From Candidatus Micrarchaeota archaeon (GTDB lineage Archaea; Micrarchaeota; Micrarchaeia; Micrarchaeales; Micrarchaeaceae), in assembly GCA_027345565.1 (NCBI GenBank), contig DAHWIF010000011.1:51295-115294 (forward strand): 64,000 nt of DNA. Reading direction: 5' to 3'. The position numbers and the translations under genes are program-made. Of the stretch, positions 26,602-34,577 are shown in pieces. The notes beneath the pieces were generated by a model, which saw only the letters and a list, made by a program, of their open reading frames with translations, was not told the origin of the DNA and made no database searches. Numbering within the stretch: position 1 is the first letter of the stretch; each line of letters begins with the position of its first letter.

Positions 26602-27549
26602 ATGCCAAAGGAAAAGACACCGCGTGAACTTGAGGACCTGCCGGGCATAGGCCCGACATCGGCAGAGAAGCTAAGAGCCGCTGGCATAGACACCATCGAG
26701 AAGGTAGCGGCATCCTTCCCTGCGAACCTCTCTGAGGTGAGCGGGCTAAGCCAGGATGCGGCGAAGAAGGCCATAGAGGCGGCAAGGGAGGCCACAACCA
26801 TCAACTACGAGACAGCCAAGGCCATACTGAAGAGACGGGAGGACATAGGCAAGATATCGACAGGATCCAAGGACCTTGATGAGCTGATAGGCGGCGGCAT
26901 AGAGACGGACGCCGTGACGGAGGTCTATGGCAGGTTCGCGAGCGGAAAGACCCAGCTGGGTTTCCAGCTCGCTGTCAACGTGCAGTTGCAGAAGAAGGAG
27001 GGAGGACTTGGCGGCAGTGTCCTGTTCCTCGACACCGAGGGTACATTCAGACCGGAAAGGATAGTCGCGATGGCGAAAAGCGCCGGCATTGACCCGGAGG
27101 CCGCGGTGGAGAACATAGTGGTTGTAAGGGCGCAGAATACAGACCAGCAGGTGCTCACAATAGAGAGGGCAGACAAGCTTATCCAGGAAAAGAACATAAA
27201 GCTGATAATAGTAGATTCGCTCACGTCGCTCTTCAGGGCGGAATTCTTGGGTAGGGGGGCGCTGAACGAGAGGCAGCAGAAGCTCAATGCGCATATACAC
27301 AGGCTGGCGCTTCTAGCGAACAAGTACAATCTTGCGGTTTTCATAACGAACCAGGTGATGGACAACCCAGGCATGCTGTTCGGCGATCCGACCACTCCGA
27401 TAGGCGGCAACGTGCTTGCTCACGCAGCCACGACCATGCTGTACTTGAGGAAGGGCAAGGAGGACAAGAGGATAGTCAGGCTTGTCGACTCTCCGAATAT
27501 GCCAGAGGGGGAGTGCATCATAAAGATAACTGTTGATGGCATAAAGTGA
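26602..27549 (+). CDS. radA: DNA repair and recombination protein RadA
   Basis: LEDLPGIG HhH, GRFASGKTQ, DTEGTFRPER, RQQKL and GGNVLAH; no intein. Confidence 0.96.
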   Translation: MPKEKTPRELEDLPGIGPTSAEKLRAAGIDTIEKVAASFPANLSEVSGLSQDAAKKAIEAAREATTINYETAKAILKRREDIGKISTGSKDLDELIGGGIETDAVTEVYGRFASGKTQLGFQLAVNVQLQKKEGGLGGSVLFLDTEGTFRPERIVAMAKSAGIDPEAAVENIVVVRAQNTDQQVLTIERADKLIQEKNIKLIIVDSLTSLFRAEFLGRGALNERQQKLNAHIHRLALLANKYNLAVFITNQVMDNPGMLFGDPTTPIGGNVLAHAATTMLYLRKGKEDKRIVRLVDSPNMPEGECIIKITVDGIK

Positions 27550-28310
27550 TAAGGATGCTCCTCCTGGTAGGGACCGGCGTGTCCTACAACGACATATCCG
27601 CACGCGCAGCCGAGGCGTGCAGGCCGTGTGTTGTTTACATGGAGAAGTATACGAGCCCGGCTGGCGCGCAACGCATAGACTATCTGGAAAGGATTATCGG
27701 AAAGCGCATAGGAACGCTGACAAGGGAGGACCTCGAGGACAGGGCAAGGGAAACGGTCTCGAGGGCTGCATCAGAAGACATAGCCATACTTATAGGCGGG
27801 GACCCGCTCACTGCAACAACCCACAAGATACTATTGATAGAGGCCAGGAAGCTGGGCATAAAGGTGAGGATATTCCACGCAAGCTCAATAGTTACGGCTG
27901 CGATAGGAGAAAGCGGCCTGGACTTCTACAGGTTCGGCCAGGTGTGCACAATACCGAGATGGGCCAGCAACTACAGGCCAGTCTCCTTCTATGAGACTAT
28001 AGAGAGGAACATGTCAATGGGGCTGCACTCCCTGGTGCTTCTCGATTATTATCCAGAGAGGGAGAGCACCCTGCCTCTCAAAGAGGCGGTGGCAGAGCTC
28101 AGGGAGGCGGAAGCAGCATACAAGAAAGGAATAATAGCCAACTCAACAGTAATACTGCTTATGCAGGACATCGGCACAGATGGGCAGGGCATAAGGGTTA
28201 CAACGATAGGCGCAGCAGCCGATGAAGGCGAAGGCATGGTAACCACCATAATATTGCCTGCAAAGCTTTCGGAAGTAGAGGAAGAGACCCTAAGGAGCGT
28301 AGTGGTGTGA
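27546..28310 (+). CDS. dph5: Diphthine synthase
   Basis: YMEKYTS, GDPLTATTH, SGLDFYRFG and GLHSLVLLD. Confidence 0.92.
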   Translation: MIRMLLLVGTGVSYNDISARAAEACRPCVVYMEKYTSPAGAQRIDYLERIIGKRIGTLTREDLEDRARETVSRAASEDIAILIGGDPLTATTHKILLIEARKLGIKVRIFHASSIVTAAIGESGLDFYRFGQVCTIPRWASNYRPVSFYETIERNMSMGLHSLVLLDYYPERESTLPLKEAVAELREAEAAYKKGIIANSTVILLMQDIGTDGQGIRVTTIGAAADEGEGMVTTIILPAKLSEVEEETLRSVVV

Positions 28311-29467
28311 TGCTTTCAATAAGATACGATGCAAAAGATGGCGTGTACGCAACAGACCAGTCTACTGTAGACACGCTAAAAGATGGGAATTTCGGCACCT
28401 TTAAGGATGGCAAGCTTTATCTTGAACCAGAAGAGGCGCTGTACATCATGGATGTGAGGAACACCGAATGCGAGTCAGCAACAGGATCAAACCTCACCTT
28501 CAACGAACTCGCAACAAGGCTGATGAGGAGCAGGAAGTTAATGGCGAGGTATTTCACTTATAAGGACTGGAGGGACAGGGGCCTGATAGCAAAGAGTGCA
28601 GGCTTCAAGGCGAAGCAGAACACAAAAACGCCAATAAAGCGGTATCCGGCCTCGCAGGTGAGCCTGAACGGGTACAGACTATCGGGAGTGTTCTTCCCCG
28701 AGGACATGACAACGATAGCCGATGAGTCAGATGACAGCAAGCGGATATACAATGACCTGTGGTTCGGCCAGTACGGTACTTATAAGCTGGGGGAGCACGG
28801 TGTGCTGAACAAGCTCGATGTGTATGAGACCGTGTACCTATCGGATAACAACGTCCTCGATGTGAGGAACAACAAGAGGAATGAAATATTCAGCACGGCG
28901 AGCAAAAGAAGGTCCGATTTCCCCAAGCTCTACCAGGTGTATTCGGACTGGAGGAGCAAGGGCTATGTTGTCAAGACAGGCTTCAAGTTCGGCACCCATT
29001 TCAGGATATACTTCCCCGGCGCGAAGCCGGTGAGGGAAAGCCCGGCGTGGGTGCACTCAAAGCACGTGATACACGTATTCCCAAGAGACGTAAAACTGCT
29101 GATATCGGAGTGGGCTAGGGCCATAAGGGTGGCGCACAGCGTAAGGAAGACATTCATACTCGCAATACCGGGAAATAGCAGGAAAAAGAGGATGCAGATA
29201 GACTTCCTGCTCTACCATAGGAAGGGTAAGGGCACAGAGAACCCGAAGGAGGATGCGCCCAGGTACGCGATGCTCTCGATAAGCGAGGATGAGTATATAG
29301 GCGGCAGCGAGCTCTCAGCGATAATAAACGAGGCTAAGCAGAGAAAGCTCGAGCTCGTAATAGCGATAGCGGACAGGGAGACGGCAGTGACATACTATAA
29401 GGTGAGAAGGATAGAGCTGCCAAGGAGCGAATACGAATACTACGAGATAGACTGGATGCAGCCTTAA
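28310..29467 (+). CDS. endA: tRNA-intron endonuclease, probable three-unit (epsilon2/ARMAN) type
   Basis: KTGFKFGTHFRIY, HSKHV and RVAHSVRK catalytic unit flanked by two degenerate units; ~385 aa. Confidence 0.9.
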   Translation: MLSIRYDAKDGVYATDQSTVDTLKDGNFGTFKDGKLYLEPEEALYIMDVRNTECESATGSNLTFNELATRLMRSRKLMARYFTYKDWRDRGLIAKSAGFKAKQNTKTPIKRYPASQVSLNGYRLSGVFFPEDMTTIADESDDSKRIYNDLWFGQYGTYKLGEHGVLNKLDVYETVYLSDNNVLDVRNNKRNEIFSTASKRRSDFPKLYQVYSDWRSKGYVVKTGFKFGTHFRIYFPGAKPVRESPAWVHSKHVIHVFPRDVKLLISEWARAIRVAHSVRKTFILAIPGNSRKKRMQIDFLLYHRKGKGTENPKEDAPRYAMLSISEDEYIGGSELSAIINEAKQRKLELVIAIADRETAVTYYKVRRIELPRSEYEYYEIDWMQP

Positions 29468-29580
29468 GCCTTCACGCGTACCCTCTTCTTGACCGTTATG
29501 TATTTGTATTTCGGCTAACCCTGACTGCCGGCACCCGGTGCAGCGGCTTTTTACGATGTAGATAATGCAGAATACATAAG

Positions 29581-29654
29581 CGGGTCCGGGGGGATTTGGA
29601 CCCCCGACCTACTGGTTAAGAGCCAGCCGCTCTACCAGGCTGAGCTACGGACCC
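29581..29654 (-). tRNA. tRNA-Lys(CTT)
   Basis: GGGTCCG/CGGACCC acceptor, GCTGG-CTCTTAA-CCAGT; T loop reads TCCAAAT. Confidence 0.9.
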
Positions 29655-29679
29655 TTGCTAGAATAAGGCAACATTTCTA

Positions 29680-30066
29680 TTAAGGCTTTCGCATGAAGAA
29701 GAGGGCTAGCGAGATCGCTATAATCACATCAAGCGTGCTGCAGAAGATGCAGGCCTTCCCTACCATGTACATGGCGAATATGGAATAGATGATCCCTCCT
29801 ATGCCGATGAGCATCCAGATGCCGGCTGCATGTTTGAGCCTTCTGTGCTGAGTGAACAGCAATGCGAGAACGAACCACGCAAGCGAATATACGGCAAGCG
29901 GTATGCCGAAGACTACCGAGTAGCTGCTTGCCAGAACAGTAGCGCAGCTTATTATCCCAGCGTTAGGGCATATCAGTGCACCAGGGAAATAATGCACATA
30001 AATGAGGTACGCGGATATGACTGCGCCAATGCCGAGCAGTATTTTCAATATGTCGTTGCGGTTCAT
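29680..30066 (-). CDS. Vitamin K epoxide reductase (VKOR) family protein
   Basis: ICPNAGIISCATVLASSYS and CIFC; 4 TM. Confidence 0.88.
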   Translation of the reverse strand: MNRNDILKILLGIGAVISAYLIYVHYFPGALICPNAGIISCATVLASSYSVVFGIPLAVYSLAWFVLALLFTQHRRLKHAAGIWMLIGIGGIIYSIFAMYMVGKACIFCSTLDVIIAISLALFFMRKP

Positions 30067-31394
30067 TTTCTCGTGCCGTGCTCCTTGATGAACTCGTCGA
30101 GCGCAAGGTCCAGCCCCTTGCCCTTAGGCTTAAGTTCGTAATAGACCTGTACGAACGGCTTGTTTATATTCAATATGCTTCTGAGGTTGGTGGGGGTAGC
30201 CGATATGACTATGTCGCATTCTGCCCTGTTTATTGTAGCCTGCATATCCCTTACCTGCTTAGGGCTGTAACCCATCGCAGGCAGCTCCCTGTCGAGCTTA
30301 GGATACTTTACAAAAGTATCCTTTATGGTTCCTACGGCATACCTCTTCGCATCTACAATCTTGCCTACCTTGTATAGCTTGGCGGCCACCGTGCCGGCGC
30401 CGAACGGCATGCCACCGTGCGTTATGGTCGGGCCGTCCTCTATAATTAATGCGCTCGCGCCCTTGATCAGCTTCGGGTTATCAGGAGTCACTATCGACTC
30501 ACCTAATAGGACCTTTGCCGTTTTATTGACAGTTTTTGCCTCAATCACAGCGCGCTCGACGTTCTTCTTTGGAGCAGAGTTCACTTTATTAACAAGGAAG
30601 ATATCCGCGGTCCTTGCAACGGATTCACTCGGATAGTACGAAAGCTGGTCAACCGGCCTGAACGGATCTAGGACCATTATGAGCAGGTCTGGTTTTATGA
30701 AACTGGCATCGTTATTCCCGCCGTCCCATAGCACGACGTCGGCCTCTTTCTCAGCAGCTCTCAGTATCTTCTCGTAATCAACGCCAGAATATAGCACAAA
30801 GCCATTCCTTATATGCGGCTCATAATCCTCCCTTTCCTCTATCGTGCACTTATACCTGTCTAGGTCCTTCAGCTTCGAGTACCTCTGCACTATCTGATCC
30901 TTTAGCAGACCATAAGGCATCGGGTGCCTTATCACCACAACGCGCAGCCCCTTGGATTTCAGATACCTCGCAATGTACCTCGATGTCTGGCTTTTCCCAG
31001 AGCCGGTCCTTGCTGCGCAGACCGCTACCACTGGCTTTTTTGATTTCAGCATTGTCGCGCTGGGTGCGATCAACCAGAAATCCGCTCCTGCAGCGTTCAC
31101 TATGCTGGCTTTGTGCATTACTGTATCGTAAGGCAGGTCGCTGTAGGCGAGTATGCATATGTCGGCATTGAGCCTCTTTATCAGCTGTGGTAGCTGTGAT
31201 TCATCAAATATCGGTATGCCTTTGGGATAAAGCCCTCCGCTAAGCTCCTTAGGGTATGTCCTGTTCGCTATGAATGGTATCTGTGCAGCTGTAAAGGCTA
31301 CGACTTCATACTCGGGGCTGTTCCTGAAGAGAACATTATACAGATGAAAGTCGCGACCAGCCGCTCCCATTATTATAATCCTTCTGCGCGCCAT
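30063..31394 (-). CDS. Cyclic 2,3-diphosphoglycerate synthetase-like P-loop protein (possible arginine synthetase ArcE)
   Basis: GAAGRDFH, RTGSGKSQT, RHPMPYG, TIEEREDYE, WDGGNND and EDGPTITHG. Confidence 0.8.
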   Translation of the reverse strand: MARRRIIIMGAAGRDFHLYNVLFRNSPEYEVVAFTAAQIPFIANRTYPKELSGGLYPKGIPIFDESQLPQLIKRLNADICILAYSDLPYDTVMHKASIVNAAGADFWLIAPSATMLKSKKPVVAVCAARTGSGKSQTSRYIARYLKSKGLRVVVIRHPMPYGLLKDQIVQRYSKLKDLDRYKCTIEEREDYEPHIRNGFVLYSGVDYEKILRAAEKEADVVLWDGGNNDASFIKPDLLIMVLDPFRPVDQLSYYPSESVARTADIFLVNKVNSAPKKNVERAVIEAKTVNKTAKVLLGESIVTPDNPKLIKGASALIIEDGPTITHGGMPFGAGTVAAKLYKVGKIVDAKRYAVGTIKDTFVKYPKLDRELPAMGYSPKQVRDMQATINRAECDIVISATPTNLRSILNINKPFVQVYYELKPKGKGLDLALDEFIKEHGTRK

Positions 31395-31432
31395 AGTTAT
31401 CGTTACAGTTCATGCAAATAAATAGCTAACTG

Positions 31433-32488
31433 TCAGTAGATGACCCTTATGCCCTCGTACCTGAACTTTCTTGGTGCGGGTCCAACTATCGGTATCCTGT
31501 GTCCGCACCCTTTGCATCTTTTCTGCTCGTCAAGATGCCAACCCGTCACGTAATGCCCATTCCTTTCTATAACAACGCTGTTGCACTCAGGGCAGTATGT
31601 GTTCTCGTAGGGGTTTCCGGCCACGTTGCCGATGTAAACGTAATTGAGCCCGTTCCTTTTTGCGACGTCGTAATGCTGCTTAAGTTTCTCATAGCTCGTT
31701 ACCGGGTAGTCTAGCATCTTGTAGTCCGGATGGAACTGTGTAAACTGCATCGGCGTATCGGGTCCAAGATTGTCACGTATCCACATTGTCAGCTTGTCGC
31801 AAGCTTCCAATGAGTCACCGACACCAGGTATTATCAAATCGGTTATCTCCACGTGGATCCCAGCTCTTTTCAGCTCTATAAGAGCTTCCTTTATGGGTTC
31901 GTTTGACATCACGACTTCGTACTTGTTCGCGAACTTGTCCTCGCCGTTGCCCTTGAAGTCGACAACAGCAGCGTCTATAAGTCCCTTCATCTCTGCTACC
32001 GTATCTTTTGTCATGTACCCGTTCGTCACGAATAGCGTCTTCAACCCCGCTTTGTGCGCCAGCCTCGCCACGTCAAGAGCGTATTCTATGAATATCGTTG
32101 GCTCATTGTAGGTGAATGCTATCGATTCGGTGTTATTCTCCACAGCAAGCTCTACGAGCCGCTCCGGCGTTATCTCAACGCCGGTTATTTCTTTGTCCTT
32201 AGATATGTTGTGGTTCTGGCAGAACTGGCACCCAAAGTTGCAGCTTGAAGTGCCAACGCCGAATACGTAGGTTCCTGGCATGAAATGGTTGAAAGGCTTC
32301 TTCTCTATGGGGTCTATCTGCATCGCCGAAAGCATGCCGTAGTTGACAAGGTAGAGCCTGCCGCCTATATTCTTCCTTACCCAGCAGAAGCCGTTCGACC
32401 CCTCTGGTATCCTGCAGCGCCTTGCGCACGCTATGCATTCCACCTTCTTGCCGGGCATGGCCCTCCATAGTATGGCTTCCTTCTCCAA
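31433..32488 (-). CDS. amrS: AmmeMemoRadiSam-system radical SAM enzyme
   Basis: CIACARRC..GFCWVR, DPIEKKP, CNFGCQFCQN, FTYNEP and YVYIGNV. Confidence 0.88.
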   Translation of the reverse strand: MEKEAILWRAMPGKKVECIACARRCRIPEGSNGFCWVRKNIGGRLYLVNYGMLSAMQIDPIEKKPFNHFMPGTYVFGVGTSSCNFGCQFCQNHNISKDKEITGVEITPERLVELAVENNTESIAFTYNEPTIFIEYALDVARLAHKAGLKTLFVTNGYMTKDTVAEMKGLIDAAVVDFKGNGEDKFANKYEVVMSNEPIKEALIELKRAGIHVEITDLIIPGVGDSLEACDKLTMWIRDNLGPDTPMQFTQFHPDYKMLDYPVTSYEKLKQHYDVAKRNGLNYVYIGNVAGNPYENTYCPECNSVVIERNGHYVTGWHLDEQKRCKGCGHRIPIVGPAPRKFRYEGIRVIY

Positions 32489-32662
32489 ATTCCCAACCGG
32501 TAGTAATTCTCATAACTGATATTTATCACTTTCTTATCATTTTCCCAATCAGGAGCACCGGAATCCAACCCAACCACCAATAACCTTTTAAACCTAAAAA
32601 ACCAATAATTAAAAGGGCAAAAATAGGGCGATCTGTCGTCGTAAAATTAGCGGGGAATAAAC

Positions 32663-34573
32663 GTGAGTGATAGTGAGTATTCTGCAAAGGACATAGTGGT
32701 GCTCTCCGGGCCGCAGGGGGTCAGGAAAAGGCCCGCGATGTACATAGGCTCTACGGCAAGCTCTGGTTTCATACATCTCCTTTACGAGGTGCTTGACAAT
32801 GCGGTAGACGAAGCGATGGGCGGATACGCAAAGAACATTACAGTGAGGCTGACCAACGAGGATGGCGTGGATGTCGCAGAAATAAGTGATGACGGCAGGG
32901 GCATACCTATTGACACGATGCAGAAGGAAGGGAAGCCGGCATTGGAGGTAATCATGACCTCGCTTCATGCGGGCGCAAAGTTCGACAACAAGGCGTATAA
33001 GGTATCGGGAGGGCTGCACGGCGTCGGGCTAACTGTGGTGAATTCTCTTTCGGAATACACGGAAGTCGTAGTCAGGAAGGACGGCAAGCTGTTCAGGCAG
33101 AGATTCAGCAGGGGCGTAGTGGCCTCGCCACTCGAAGAGATAGGAGTTGTGAATGAAGGAGAAAGGGGCACAACGATAAAGTTCAAGCCAGACAAGGAGA
33201 TATTCTCGGTGGGCAGCTTCGACACCATAGAGCTCACCGAGCGCCTCAAGGATCTTGCGTACCTCAACCCAGGCCTCAAAATACGGCTGATAGACGAGAG
33301 GGGGCAAACACCAAAAGAGGCAGAATACTTCTCAAAGAACGGGCTTCCTGACTTCCTTGATCACATACGGGGCGACGCAAAACCGATCATAAAGCCGATT
33401 CATATAAGCAGGAGCAACGACCATACAAAATTAGAGGTGATAATGCAGTACGTCGGAACCTATAGCGAGGATGTCCTATCGTTCGTGAACAAGATAAAGA
33501 CCGCGCAAGGCGGCATGCATGTCACAGGTTTCAGAGGTGCGCTGACACGCGCCATAACCACCTACTGGCAGAAGAACGGCAAACTCAAGAGAAACGTCCC
33601 GATAGAGGGCGATGACACCAGAGAAGGGCTAATAGTGATAATATCGATACTGATGCAGAATCCGGAATTTGAGGGCCAGACAAAGGAGAAGTTAGGCAAC
33701 AGCACCATCAGGACATTCGTGGAGAATACAGTATACCAGGATCTGTCAAGGTACCTGGAGGAGAATCCAGCAGAAGCGTCTAAGGTAATGGAAAAGGTTT
33801 ATGCGGCTGCCGAGGCACGCGAATCGGCGCGCAGGGCAAGGGAGCTTGCGAGGAAGAAGGGGCTCTTCGAAGGCGCTATACTGCCAGGCAAGCTTGCAGA
33901 CTGCACAGAGACAGACCCTGACAAGTGCGAGATATTCATAGTCGAGGGGGAAAGCGCAGCCGGGTCAAGCAAGGAGGCGCGTGACAGGTTCTACCAGGCG
34001 ATACTGCCACTCAGAGGAAAGGTTCTGAACGTCGAGAAGGCAGCAGAAGAAAGGATATTCGCCAATGCAGAGCTTCATACGATGGTCACGGCGCTCGGCA
34101 CAGGCATAAAGGACACCTTCAATCCTGACGGAGCCAGGTACAGGAAGATAATACTTCTAACAGATGCAGATGTGGACGGAAGCCACATAAGGACCCTCCT
34201 ACTCACGTTCCTCTATAGGTACATGAAACCGCTGATTGAGCGCGGCTATGTTTTCATAGGACAGCCGCCGCTCTATAAAGTGTCGAGGGGCAGGGATGTG
34301 AGGTATGCGTATTCTGATCAGCAGCTTTCTGAGATAATGAAGGAATACGAGGGCAAGGGTGCGGTCCAGCGGTATAAGGGACTAGGCGAGATGAATCCAG
34401 AGCAGCTGTGGGAGACCACCATGGACCCCAAAAAGAGGGTATTGAAGAGGATCACCATAGGCGATGCAGAGCTGGCCAATACGATGTTTACAATACTTAT
34501 GGGTCTTGATGTTGAGCAGCGGCGCCGCTTCCTCGAGGAGCACGCAAGCGAGGTAAAATTCCTCGACGTGTGA
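32663..34573 (+). CDS. gyrB: DNA gyrase subunit B
   Basis: VRKRPAMYIG, GGLHGVG, FEGQTK, VEGES, PLRGK, DADVDG and RYKGLGEM. Confidence 0.97.
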   Translation: MSDSEYSAKDIVVLSGPQGVRKRPAMYIGSTASSGFIHLLYEVLDNAVDEAMGGYAKNITVRLTNEDGVDVAEISDDGRGIPIDTMQKEGKPALEVIMTSLHAGAKFDNKAYKVSGGLHGVGLTVVNSLSEYTEVVVRKDGKLFRQRFSRGVVASPLEEIGVVNEGERGTTIKFKPDKEIFSVGSFDTIELTERLKDLAYLNPGLKIRLIDERGQTPKEAEYFSKNGLPDFLDHIRGDAKPIIKPIHISRSNDHTKLEVIMQYVGTYSEDVLSFVNKIKTAQGGMHVTGFRGALTRAITTYWQKNGKLKRNVPIEGDDTREGLIVIISILMQNPEFEGQTKEKLGNSTIRTFVENTVYQDLSRYLEENPAEASKVMEKVYAAAEARESARRARELARKKGLFEGAILPGKLADCTETDPDKCEIFIVEGESAAGSSKEARDRFYQAILPLRGKVLNVEKAAEERIFANAELHTMVTALGTGIKDTFNPDGARYRKIILLTDADVDGSHIRTLLLTFLYRYMKPLIERGYVFIGQPPLYKVSRGRDVRYAYSDQQLSEIMKEYEGKGAVQRYKGLGEMNPEQLWETTMDPKKRVLKRITIGDAELANTMFTILMGLDVEQRRRFLEEHASEVKFLDV

Positions 34574-34577
34574 TACT

